Below are positions 27,939 to 36,982 of a stretch of 47,508 nucleotides of DNA, piece after piece. A program made the translations under genes and the position numbers. The stretch comes from a virus (taxonomy: Duplodnaviria > Caudoviricetes), in IMG/VR virus record IMGVR_UViG_3300025018_000023, positions 1 through 47,508 of that record, one strand, 5' to 3'. Numbering within the stretch: the first letter of the stretch is position 1; the number at the start of each line of letters is the position of its first letter. Under the pieces are notes generated by a model that was given only the letters and a program-made list of their open reading frames with translations, did not search any database and was not told the DNA's origin.

Positions 27939-28921
27939 GTCGCCTCCACGCCGCTGTTATAGAGGGTCATCGTACATCCCAAGGTCGCGAGATCGACCTC
28001 ATAGCCGTCCACGATCCACACACCGCTAAAACGCTCGCCATAGCCGACGACCTCTAAACCTTGCCCTAGCCTCAAGCCTTGTGGCAGACGCGCCAACGTA
28101 GCTTGAGCCTCAAAGCGTCGGCGCCGCCTCGCCGCCGCGACCCGCTTCAAATCGAGCGGCTTATCATCATCGAAGCTCTCCTCACCCTCGGCCTGGCCCG
28201 AAGGCATCGCCAAGACAGCGCGCCCCTGAGCTTCACCAAGATCCTCCCCGACGACCTCGCCAGCGCGGCTCTTGAGCTTGCCTGTCTTGCTCGGAAGGGG
28301 GCGGCTCACGTCAAAGCGAAGCTGGGTGAGCTGTCCATCGCCATAAGCAAGCCTCAGCGCAGCGGGCGCATCCTCGTTGCCCAACGAGCGAAGCACCAAA
28401 CGCTCCCCCTCCACTTCCACAGTATGGCCAGACCAACTCGCGACGCGCTCAAGCATCTCCCAATCGGTCTCGCCATGCTGGAGGATGCTCGCGAAGCGGG
28501 TCAACGAGGCATCGGCGTCGGCCTGGCTGATATCAAGCGTCAGCTCCTCTTCTTTGGCCAAGTCAGCAGCGAGTCGAGCGAGCGTGAGGTTGGTGAGGTT
28601 GCGGGCGCGCTGGACACGCCTGAGCCTCACGCTTCGATCTGCGGCCATGAGTTCAAGGCGTCCATCGCTCTCCCAAGAGAGCTGCGCGACACGCCCAGTA
28701 AAGAGCAGCTCAGGCGTGCCAAAGCCTGCCCACACCTCGACGCGTTCTTGAGCGAAGGGCAGCGGGAAGGTGTCGCGCAGCTCACCTCGAGGATCGATGA
28801 AGGAGAGCTGCGCGCTGGAGGCGCGCTTGCCATGAGCTCTCCGCACTCGCCCCCCGCTTATTTGTCCATCGCCCCACGCAAAGCGACGCTCACCGATCAA
28901 GACCTCAACCTGCGACTTCAT
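27935..28921 (-). CDS. Baseplate hub (gpD / late control D-like)
   Basis: LFTGRV, Q.GETDWEMLERVA, G.GERFSG.W.V. Confidence 0.85.
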   Translation of the reverse strand: MKSQVEVLIGERRFAWGDGQISGGRVRRAHGKRASSAQLSFIDPRGELRDTFPLPFAQERVEVWAGFGTPELLFTGRVAQLSWESDGRLELMAADRSVRLRRVQRARNLTNLTLARLAADLAKEEELTLDISQADADASLTRFASILQHGETDWEMLERVASWSGHTVEVEGERLVLRSLGNEDAPAALRLAYGDGQLTQLRFDVSRPLPSKTGKLKSRAGEVVGEDLGEAQGRAVLAMPSGQAEGEESFDDDKPLDLKRVAAARRRRRFEAQATLARLPQGLRLGQGLEVVGYGERFSGVWIVDGYEVDLATLGCTMTLYNSGVEAT

Positions 28922-29529
28922 TGAGCCACCTCCACGGGCGCCAAGAGCGCCTCACGCGCTGACCCTGGAGCCAAGCGCACCGAGAGCTCGCGCGCCAACC
29001 ACATCACAAGCCAGACATCACGGTCGATCACCAAAGCGATGCGAGCCCCACCACTTGCGCTCACGAGCTCCAGCGTCGCGCGCGGCGCGAAGTCCCCATC
29101 TTCAAGCGACGTCGCTGGCCCCCACTGCGACTCTCCAGGCGCTCTAAACTCCAGCGTATAGCTGCCAAAGCCCCCATCCTCGACGCGCAGCGCGCCATCC
29201 CCCACCAAGTCTCCAGCGACCAGCGCGAGCTCAAGCTCAACGTCCAAGACGTCGCTTAAGACAAGCTCTTCCTCCCCTGACTCATCCAAGCGAGCCACGG
29301 CGGTGAACATCGGGAGCGCGGACGAGTACTCACGCCCTTCAAGCTCAAAGCCGTCCTCAACATCTGAGGCATCAAGCACCTCACGCCAGCGCCTCCACTC
29401 CCCCAACGCTTGGTGGGTGAGCGCGAAGATCGTCGCGCCCTGGATAATCGGCACAGCTCGCACACGAGGCCGCTCTTGCTGACGCGCTTCCCCGAGCCGC
29501 TCAAAAGGGCTCTCAGATGGACGAGTCAT
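28918..29529 (-). CDS. Tail protein (gpX/LysM-like N-terminus)
   Basis: QGATIFALTHQALGEWRRWREV; position. Confidence 0.55.
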   Translation of the reverse strand: MTRPSESPFERLGEARQQERPRVRAVPIIQGATIFALTHQALGEWRRWREVLDASDVEDGFELEGREYSSALPMFTAVARLDESGEEELVLSDVLDVELELALVAGDLVGDGALRVEDGGFGSYTLEFRAPGESQWGPATSLEDGDFAPRATLELVSASGGARIALVIDRDVWLVMWLARELSVRLAPGSAREALLAPVEVAQ

Positions 29530-30071
29530 CAGCGTGCTCCAGGAGCTTTAGGGTTACACATGATCGAGACGTTCACTTGGGCAACGCGCGCCCAACCTTG
29601 AGGCGTTGTCACGCGACGCTCGACGCTGACGCGTGTGAGCTGGCCTCGGTACTCGTGAGCGCCAAGCTGCAAGATCACCAGATAGGGCTCACCAGTAAGT
29701 CGATCCAGCGTGTGCACATAGAGCTCAAGAGGCCTGAGCGCAGCGAGCTCAAGACGCTCAGCATCCTCTGAGCTGGCGAGCCACTCAAAGCTCATCTCTT
29801 GGGGCATGTTGCCACGCCAATCTGAGGCATCTTGATCCACCCCAAGCGCCCCCCGAGGCATCCATTGTGCGCTCTGCTCAGTTGTCCAGCCAGGCGGGTT
29901 GTAGGGCAGCACCAGCGCAAACGAGCTGCCATCGCCTTTAAGAAATCGGAAGGTCGCCTGATACGACGTCGGCTCCACAGGGCGTTGAGCGCCTTGAGGT
30001 CCTCTCAAGGCGTCTCGTACAGCTGCCTCGGCGCTGCTCAAGAGGTTCCGTACATTGACCGCCATCATCAC
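29529..30071 (-). CDS. Tail tube initiator (CIS tube / gpU-like)
   Basis: YNP motif and ..RVAQVNVSI; follows the tape measure gene. Confidence 0.65.
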   Translation of the reverse strand: MMMAVNVRNLLSSAEAAVRDALRGPQGAQRPVEPTSYQATFRFLKGDGSSFALVLPYNPPGWTTEQSAQWMPRGALGVDQDASDWRGNMPQEMSFEWLASSEDAERLELAALRPLELYVHTLDRLTGEPYLVILQLGAHEYRGQLTRVSVERRVTTPQGWARVAQVNVSIMCNPKAPGAR

Positions 30072-32203
30072 CCTCCTGGCGAGGTTTGAGCGCTCTCACG
30101 CTCCAGATCACGCAACAGTCGCTTCATCATCACCTCCAGCTCATCAGGACGCATCTGCGCCGCGTTGATCTGGATGGTGAAGGTCTTGCGCGCTGCCTCC
30201 GTCTGCTGCTTGACCCCTGTGAGCAAGCTTTGGCCAAACGCCTGAAGCTCAGGCAGCCCAAATCGCTGAGTAGGTCCTGCGGTTGAGGTGTTAAGCGCGC
30301 GAGCACGAGCTGCTGCAGCTTCTCCTTTCTGGCGAAGACGCGCCTCCTCAGCGATGAGCTTTTGGCCTTGCTCGCTCTGGGAGAAGCGATCACCGAAGCG
30401 ACGGGTCAAGCGCGCATTGCCCTTCTTTAACCTTTGATAGCGATCAAACTCCTCTCCAGCCAAGCCGCCCGCGAACTGAAGGCTCCCATCCTTCCCCACG
30501 CTTGCTTCAACGCCATGTCGCATCAGCTCCTTGTTGACGCGGCTCATAAAGTCTTTGCGCCCCTTGCCCTGACCTTCACGGCCAAACTCGGTGAGCAGCG
30601 ATCCCTTGGCGCGATCAAAGAGCCCCAAGCCCATCATCGTGTTCACATCGCCTAACCGCGAGCGGCGCTCGCGGTTGACGCTCTCGCTAAGCGGCGCGGT
30701 GAGATCCTTCAAAGCGTAGGCTCGCCGCTTCTGATTCACCTCTTTTTGGGCCTTCTCGGCCTCTTTCGCGCGTCGCTCAAAGCCCTTGATCGCCTCGGAT
30801 GAGCCCTTGGTGACCTTCCCTAACATGTAGAGCTGAGCGCCTAAGAAGGCTGCCCCACCAGCGAGCACCAGGGTGGGGCCTGCGCCAAGAGCTCCAACCA
30901 CCCCCTTGCTGGCGATGGAGCCAAGCAGGCCCCGGCCGCCCTGTACAGCCGCGCCGCCTCCAGCTGCTTTGCCAGCACCTCCTAACGCCTCGCCAAGAGG
31001 TCCGGAGAGCCCTCCAGGCCCTCCCCAGTTGACTACGAACACGGGCGTCGCCCCCGAGGCAGCTGCGCCGAGCGCCCCCGCCGCACCTCCGGCGCCTCGA
31101 CGACCAAAGAGCGCGCGGCGTCCACCCGCCAAGGCCGCCTGACCTAACGCTCCTCCAGTGAGCTTGTTCGCCACCAGCGCCGTGCCAGCGACCCCGAGCA
31201 TCGTCTTGTTCTCACCGATGAAGCTGCGCGCTTGGTTGATCGCGCCTGGCAAGGATCGCAGCAGCTTGACCGACGAGCGCGCCATATCAGCAGTGAAGAC
31301 CGAGAGCTCCTTGAGATCCTGCTTGAACTTGGGGTCTGTCTGGAGCTTGGCGAAGTCGGCGCTGACCTCATCAATCCCTCGCTTTAAGACCTCAAAGGCT
31401 GGTTCACCTGCGATCCTCAAGGTGTTGGCGATGTTGTCCTTAAGCGTCGAGACCTTGCCCGTAAACGTTTGAGAGAGCGCCGCGACGACATCGCGACCTC
31501 CTGTCATCTTAGCCAGTTGCTCCTCAACCCCGCGCAGCGCAGCGCGGCCTAATGTCTCGCCAGCCTTCTTGCTCTTCTTAATATCATTAACTTTGAGCTT
31601 GATGCCGAACTCTTTCATCCGCTCAAATTCGTTCGTCTCCGCGTCGAGGAGCGCTTCGACCGCGTCTGTAAGCGTCTTAGATGGTGAGATCGACTTGAGC
31701 TGCGAGGCGACCTTGAGCAGACGCATGTTCTCGTCAACATTGTCGCCTGTCAGACGCAACAAACGCCGCGACCCCTCAATGAGTTCGCTCTCCCCAAAGG
31801 GCGTCTCAGCGGCGTATTTGCGCACTCTGCGAATGGCCTCGGCGGCCTTATCCGCGTCCCCGATCATGGTGCGAAAGGTCACCATCTGGGCTTCTAGTGA
31901 GGCGTTGGAGCCGATCATCACATCGAAGATGGTCTTCCCTGCGCCTGCGGTCGCGAAGCCCAATGTGAGAGACTTCAGGCTCGCGACCTGCCCCAAGATG
32001 CCCCCCATCCCCGAGCCTAATCGGCCCAGCGAGTGACCTACACGGTCGTAAGCGCTCTCAAGGCGTTGCGCACCGCTCACGCCAGCACGAAGGCCATCAA
32101 GCTGGGCGCGACTAGCCTGACGCGCTTGATTAGTAAGCGCAGAGAGCTTGCTCGCGAAGTTACCGATCATGCGAGGCTTAATGAGGATCTCAGCTTCAGC
32201 CAT
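30068..32203 (-). CDS. Tape measure protein
   Basis: F.TMIG...A...AAETPF...; TF.GK.STLKDN; TPVFVVNW; Ala/Gly-rich, 711 aa. Confidence 0.92.
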   Translation of the reverse strand: MAEAEILIKPRMIGNFASKLSALTNQARQASRAQLDGLRAGVSGAQRLESAYDRVGHSLGRLGSGMGGILGQVASLKSLTLGFATAGAGKTIFDVMIGSNASLEAQMVTFRTMIGDADKAAEAIRRVRKYAAETPFGESELIEGSRRLLRLTGDNVDENMRLLKVASQLKSISPSKTLTDAVEALLDAETNEFERMKEFGIKLKVNDIKKSKKAGETLGRAALRGVEEQLAKMTGGRDVVAALSQTFTGKVSTLKDNIANTLRIAGEPAFEVLKRGIDEVSADFAKLQTDPKFKQDLKELSVFTADMARSSVKLLRSLPGAINQARSFIGENKTMLGVAGTALVANKLTGGALGQAALAGGRRALFGRRGAGGAAGALGAAASGATPVFVVNWGGPGGLSGPLGEALGGAGKAAGGGAAVQGGRGLLGSIASKGVVGALGAGPTLVLAGGAAFLGAQLYMLGKVTKGSSEAIKGFERRAKEAEKAQKEVNQKRRAYALKDLTAPLSESVNRERRSRLGDVNTMMGLGLFDRAKGSLLTEFGREGQGKGRKDFMSRVNKELMRHGVEASVGKDGSLQFAGGLAGEEFDRYQRLKKGNARLTRRFGDRFSQSEQGQKLIAEEARLRQKGEAAAARARALNTSTAGPTQRFGLPELQAFGQSLLTGVKQQTEAARKTFTIQINAAQMRPDELEVMMKRLLRDLERESAQTSPGG

Positions 32204-32224
32204 GATCTGACTCCGTATGGTCGC

Positions 32225-32709
32225 TCAAGAAGGTGGGGTGGAGAGCTGTTGAGCTAAAAGCGCCGCTTCGTGCCAGAAGCTACGCTCACGCGCGGACATC
32301 TTGAGGAGCTCAGCCACGCTGATGCCGCTGGCCCGAGCGAGCAAGATCAGCTCGGCGCGAGATTGGATGGCGGCTCGACCTCGGTCGCTTTTTTTTCCTC
32401 ATCGCTCAGATAGTCATCCGCCTCTAACTGGTGGAGCGCAGCGACGAGCTGGGCGACGTCTTGGCGCTTCATCCCGCGCAGGTGGTCGATGGTGATGGGG
32501 CGCACCTGTCCTAGTCGGATCAAGCACTGAGCTAAGAGCGCGAGCTCATAAAACGAGTCGCTCGCCCCCTCAAAGTTGCCGCGTGCTTTCGCGGCTTCGC
32601 AAAGACCTGCGGCCTTGATCTCATCATCCATCACCGGAGCGCGAAGCTCAGCTTCCTTGTGAGCTTGGCCTTGGGTGTCGATGTATCCAAACTTTAACTT
32701 CACGAGCAT
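32225..32709 (-). CDS. Frameshift-extended tail assembly chaperone (GT / E'-like)
   Basis: -1 shift at the A8 run (32389-32396) gives ...SDRGRAAIQSRAELILLARASGISVAELLKMSARERSFWHEAALLAQQLSTPPS*. Confidence 0.75.
32347..32709 (-). CDS. Tail assembly chaperone
   Basis: L..GYID..G..HKE..LR.P...DEI; lies between tube and tape measure. Confidence 0.85.
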   Translation of the reverse strand: MLVKLKFGYIDTQGQAHKEAELRAPVMDDEIKAAGLCEAAKARGNFEGASDSFYELALLAQCLIRLGQVRPITIDHLRGMKRQDVAQLVAALHQLEADDYLSDEEKKATEVEPPSNLAPS

Positions 32710-32747
32710 GGTGTTCTCCGTGTTCAGGATCTTTGGTTGAAGCCGGA

Positions 32748-33179
32748 TTAAGCGGCGCTCATGGACTCAGGTTGCACGACGAGCTCGATCATCGCGTTAT
32801 CTGAGCTGCCACGCCCGACATCTGGGTGTTTGAAGCTGACCTTGGCGCAAGCGTAATAGGTCGTCGGAACCACACCAGGTAGCGGCACACCTCGCGCGTC
32901 CACAGGTTGACAGACCAGCGTCAGGCGCCGACGAATGCCGCGACCCCAGCTCTGAGCCCAAGTCAGCAGCGGCTTATCCGTGATGGGATCATGAGGCTTG
33001 CTCAAGGTGACCTGCTCGACGGTCACTGGCCCCATCACGTTGACAGGGATGTTGCTGCCTCCTGGGAAGACCTGCGTCACCTCGTTCTGCGACGTGCCAC
33101 CTGTCTTGGTGGTGAAGAAGACCGTAGGGATCTCCAAGAACCACACGCGCATATCGTGCGTGGTATAAAATGCGTTCAT
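32748..33179 (-). CDS. Tail tube protein (T4 gp19-like)
   Basis: GG.N...GP...VTLSK...W...AMIELVV; follows the sheath. Confidence 0.82.
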   Translation of the reverse strand: MNAFYTTHDMRVWFLEIPTVFFTTKTGGTSQNEVTQVFPGGSNIPVNVMGPVTVEQVTLSKPHDPITDKPLLTWAQSWGRGIRRRLTLVCQPVDARGVPLPGVVPTTYYACAKVSFKHPDVGRGSSDNAMIELVVQPESMSAA

Positions 33180-33227
33180 CAGCAGCTCCTGATGGTTGTG
33201 GGTCTGATCGTTTCAACGCGTTCTAAG

Positions 33228-33252
33228 GCGCGCCCTGCTTGGGCAGGGCGCT
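33228..33252. other. Intergenic hairpin between sheath and tube
   Basis: GCGCCCTGC-ttgg-GCAGGGCGC. Confidence 0.5.
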
Positions 33253-33259
33253 ATGAGGG

Positions 33260-34786
33260 CTAGACTTCGGACTGCTTGGCCAGCTCGATAAAGATCGTCT
33301 CGGCGGTCCCTGCGGGACGGAACCAAGCGCGCACCCTCACGTTGCCCTGCTCTCGATCGCTGGCTGAGAGCATCGTCTCATCACACTGGATGTCGAAGCT
33401 ATGCTGGGCGGGATCGGCCTGTTCGCTCTCGGGAGGCAGGTCTCCACGAAACGCGCGGGCGCGATGGAGATCCACCAACACCGCGCGCAGCGACTGGCGC
33501 ACTTGGGTGAAGAAGAGTCCATCGGCGATGTCGTAGGTCATCGCGTCAAGCAACGCCTGGAACGTGTCACCGATGAGGCACCACAGATACGCGGCGTGGA
33601 GGTAGCGCCACGCCGTATCAGCGGTCGCTGTCCTCGCGCCCCAGACCCGCGCCCCGCTGCCATTGCGATCCCAGATGGGGTTGATCCCATTGGCGATCAA
33701 GAGCTCCGCGACGCCTTCGTCCACGAGCGGCTGACCACCAGCGCCCGTCTCCAGCGAGCCGCTGATCACGAAGTCTGAGCCTGCGGGAGCTTTACCTGGC
33801 CCCTTCTGCTCCACGACGCTCGCCCACAGCGCGGCGAGCTCTCCCACCAATGGGATCGCCTCCTGGCGATCGGCAAAGCTGTTCTTAGCCACCCGACGCG
33901 GGTAGTAGTACGCCGCGTTAAACGCGTCCACGTTCGTCGTCCTGTCCGTGATCGCTGTGGCGCTAGAAGCCCCTGCCGCGCTTGTGGCGAGCCACATGCG
34001 GAAGAAGGCCTCCGTCTGGGCCTTGAGTTCGGTCTTCACCGTCGCATCGCTGTCGAGGTCAGGCGCGCAGACAAAGCCTCGACCATAGAGACGACGCCGA
34101 AACGCCTTCAGGCCCGTCTTGGCGCTGCCGCTGTCCGTACCCACGATGAAGGCCGCCGCTGGCGCGTTGTCATCCACACCACCTTCGCCGCTGGTGTAGG
34201 TGAACGTCCCTGCCGCGGGGAGATTGTTAGGTGAGGCGGTGGCAGAGTTCAGGTTGACCAGCTCAATGTAAGCGCTGCCGTCATTGACGCGCGCCAAACC
34301 TTGCACAGTGAGCGTGATGTTATCCCAGACCTCTAACGTCACAGACGCTGAGGTTTGGACCGTGATCTTGAACGTCCCAGCCTGAGCGCCGTCGGCCACC
34401 ACGAGCTTATAGCCTTCGATCCATGCGCCAGGCCCTTTTGCCTTCACGCGCAACGTATCCACGGGCGCGCCAGCACGATCCTCAAGGTCAAGCTGCGCCG
34501 TCGCGGCGTTCTCACCGACGATGCGCAGCACCCACGCGCGCCGACCTCCGGCCTCAAAGAAGCGCTTGAGGACCTCGTAGCCCATCGACGCCCGCGTCCC
34601 ATCTGCGAAGCGCGTCGCTTGCCCAAACGCCTGCTCAAAGCCTGCCATAGAGGTGACCAGCGTAGGCACATGAGCGGGGCCTCGTTCGGCCAAGAGCGCG
34701 ATAAAGAGCGAGTCTGCCAACGCCGAAGGCGCAGGCAGAGGTCCGGCAGTAGCGCGTGTAATGAACGCGCCGATCCTGTTTCCCAT
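33260..34786 (-). CDS. Contractile tail sheath
   Basis: AERGP...P.LVTS...F...FG, FF..GG, AKGPGAW, AAYYYP, KAPAG, GINPI, VWGART, W.YL, PAGTAE.I. Confidence 0.95.
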   Translation of the reverse strand: MGNRIGAFITRATAGPLPAPSALADSLFIALLAERGPAHVPTLVTSMAGFEQAFGQATRFADGTRASMGYEVLKRFFEAGGRRAWVLRIVGENAATAQLDLEDRAGAPVDTLRVKAKGPGAWIEGYKLVVADGAQAGTFKITVQTSASVTLEVWDNITLTVQGLARVNDGSAYIELVNLNSATASPNNLPAAGTFTYTSGEGGVDDNAPAAAFIVGTDSGSAKTGLKAFRRRLYGRGFVCAPDLDSDATVKTELKAQTEAFFRMWLATSAAGASSATAITDRTTNVDAFNAAYYYPRRVAKNSFADRQEAIPLVGELAALWASVVEQKGPGKAPAGSDFVISGSLETGAGGQPLVDEGVAELLIANGINPIWDRNGSGARVWGARTATADTAWRYLHAAYLWCLIGDTFQALLDAMTYDIADGLFFTQVRQSLRAVLVDLHRARAFRGDLPPESEQADPAQHSFDIQCDETMLSASDREQGNVRVRAWFRPAGTAETIFIELAKQSEV

Positions 34787-34847
34787 CTGATTGTCTCCTC
34801 ATGTTTACATCAACATGCAGCCGATGGGCTGCATATCCGTTGATCGT

Positions 34848-35459
34848 TTAGCCCACCGTCACATCGTGCGTGCGTTCAGGCTCATAGCTGTCTTCCTCGC
34901 CAGCTTCATCAAGAGCCCGCAGACTCCAGAGCACGTGCTGCCAAGCGCCGCTCGCTTGCTCATCAAGCACCTCCTCATGACGCACAGTGAGCTGGATCAA
35001 GGCTCGCGCCCACCCACCTTCTGTCTTGGGATAGCGCACGTCTGCGAGCTCCGTGCCCGCTGAGACATCACGAGCGTGAGCTCGTGGACTCGATTCTCCG
35101 TCAAGCTGGCAAAGCAGCGTGGGGTTTTGGGCGAGCTTGGTCAGCACGATATGAACGAAGGCCTCCCGCGAGCTCGACTCTTCTTGGCCAGGCCCGCGTC
35201 GTTGACGAGGCGCCGAGAGCTGAAGATCAAGCACAAGCGTCGAGAACACCTCGGCGATTAGCCGAGGTTGCTGACGATGCGTCCATTGATAGCGCGCGCC
35301 GACCTCCTCAATGCGGATGGAGGGGAGCTGCGACTCGGCCAACATCTCAGACAAGATATGCTGACGATCCACCGTCTTGACGCCTGGGATCTCTTGCAAC
35401 ACTGCCTTGAGCGCGCGCAACATCTGCTCACGCGCGCTCGTGCGTGGAAAATCACCCAT
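34848..35459 (-). CDS. Putative tail terminator
   Basis: Position; REQMLRAL...LPSIRI pattern. Confidence 0.55.
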   Translation of the reverse strand: MGDFPRTSAREQMLRALKAVLQEIPGVKTVDRQHILSEMLAESQLPSIRIEEVGARYQWTHRQQPRLIAEVFSTLVLDLQLSAPRQRRGPGQEESSSREAFVHIVLTKLAQNPTLLCQLDGESSPRAHARDVSAGTELADVRYPKTEGGWARALIQLTVRHEEVLDEQASGAWQHVLWSLRALDEAGEEDSYEPERTHDVTVG

Positions 35460-35461
35460 GC

Positions 35462-35914
35462 TTAACCTCCGATCCTTTGTGCGATCCTCTCCGCGATGAG
35501 CGCAACGGCGCCCTCAAGCTCACGCGCGCTGAACCCAAACCAAGGGCGCGCAGGCATCTTGGCGGTGCCCTTATGAAGCCACATGGCACGCGTGGCGAGT
35601 CGCGCATCGCTGAAGTAGACGACCGAGCGCCCATCCTCGATGCGATAGAGGACGCTCGCGAGCAGCACGCCCGTATCGCTCAAGGACACAACGCTAGAGT
35701 GTCCTCGTCTAGCTTTGTCCTGCTGTGTTGAAGTCGCGTAGGAAGCGAAGGGGCGCCCTTCGAGATCACGACCGCTGCTCGTGCGCACGATCATCCTCGT
35801 GACGAGCAAGCTAGTTGCGGCGCCAAGCTCCCCGCTGCGCACCTCAAGATCGCGCTCAAGCTGATCGGCGAGCTGCGCGACAGCGCTTGTGTCGAGCTCA
35901 AAGCCGATCATCAC
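35462..35914 (-). CDS. Virion morphogenesis / neck protein (P2 gpS-like)
   Basis: LSDTGVL..S, H.GT.KMPARPWFGFS. Confidence 0.85.
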   Translation of the reverse strand: MMIGFELDTSAVAQLADQLERDLEVRSGELGAATSLLVTRMIVRTSSGRDLEGRPFASYATSTQQDKARRGHSSVVSLSDTGVLLASVLYRIEDGRSVVYFSDARLATRAMWLHKGTAKMPARPWFGFSARELEGAVALIAERIAQRIGG

Positions 35915-35929
35915 ATGACCTCAAGGTGT

Positions 35930-36625
35930 TTAGCGGCGCTCAAAGCGATGGAAACCGTGATGACGTCGCTCATCTTGAGCGCTCGCGACGCCATCAGCGT
36001 CACGGTCGATCGCGAGCCCGGCAGCCACCAAACGCGCGAGCTCCTCTTTATAGGCGCGATGGTAGACCATGCGCTTATGGTCCCAAGCATCTTCTTTCAT
36101 GCGCATCAAGTCCATGCACACGAGCTCCATAACACGATAGATCGCCGCTCGGGTGAGCTGGTCATCAGCGCCGCCCGTAGCTGCCTCGGGATTGGTCACG
36201 CTCACGATGTCGGCGTCATCGACCTCGAGGACGTTGAGGACACCAGCGGGGACGTTATAGACTTCACCCACATGCTCGGCCTGCGCCTCTACCTCGCCGC
36301 TCTCATCAGCGCCGAGGATGAGCTGGGCCTGCGTCACGAAGACCGTATCGCCGTGAAGCTGCTCGTCAGGATGCTTGGTCCGCACGCGAGCTCCAGCCGT
36401 CACGGTGGCGCCGCCAGCACCCGCCACGAAGCGCAAGCTCACCGAAGCGCGCTTGCTCCAAGAGACGAGCTGCTCGCTCTCTCGGCGAAAGTAGCCATGA
36501 GCAGCCAAGTCACGGCGCAGGTCCGAGGCCGCGCGCAGGTGCTTGCGCGTATAGTCGCGGTCGTCATGCAAAAACAGCTGGCCGTCTTCTTCGGCCAGCT
36601 GCGCGTCGTTGCTGTATTGCTCCAT
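35930..36625 (-). CDS. Putative head-tail adaptor with an inserted baseplate-J-like barrel
   Basis: Adaptor position; helical ends (YSND..., Y...YKEEL..L); the central segment resembles the gpJ barrel. Confidence 0.6.
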   Translation of the reverse strand: MEQYSNDAQLAEEDGQLFLHDDRDYTRKHLRAASDLRRDLAAHGYFRRESEQLVSWSKRASVSLRFVAGAGGATVTAGARVRTKHPDEQLHGDTVFVTQAQLILGADESGEVEAQAEHVGEVYNVPAGVLNVLEVDDADIVSVTNPEAATGGADDQLTRAAIYRVMELVCMDLMRMKEDAWDHKRMVYHRAYKEELARLVAAGLAIDRDADGVASAQDERRHHGFHRFERR

Positions 36626-36631
36626 GTCGGC

Positions 36632-36982
36632 TTACCTCTTTCGTCGAACATCTACAAAGGTGACCAGATGCGGCCAGAGCTCTTCGCGAAGCAGCTCGAC
36701 CAAAACAGGGCCATCTTCAGGCCGCACCAGCTCTAAGACCCCATCTCGGTGGGCAACATGCCCCTGAAGCAGCGCTAACACTGCCTGCGTGGTGTCTTGG
36801 AGGCGGACATTGTTGGGGAGCTCACGCGCTGAAGACGGAAGGTCGTACATGCCGAGCACTTCTAGGATGTTAAGGCAAGCAGCCTTCGTCATGGGATCTG
36901 GAACATCCAAACCCAGTGCTGAGCTGCCCTTGAAGTAGGCAGCGATGAGCTGGCGCAAAAGCTGCTCAAAATCAGGGGGCAT
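36632..36982 (-). CDS. Putative immunity protein for the MuF toxin
   Basis: Small ORF overlapping the MuF stop; position. Confidence 0.5.
   Translation of the reverse strand: MPPDFEQLLRQLIAAYFKGSSALGLDVPDPMTKAACLNILEVLGMYDLPSSARELPNNVRLQDTTQAVLALLQGHVAHRDGVLELVRPEDGPVLVELLREELWPHLVTFVDVRRKR

Noticed and set aside
35915-36736. Long + strand ORFs antisense to structural genes (also 28079-28924)
   Set aside because: Shadow ORFs expected in high-GC DNA, opposite genes with clear motifs
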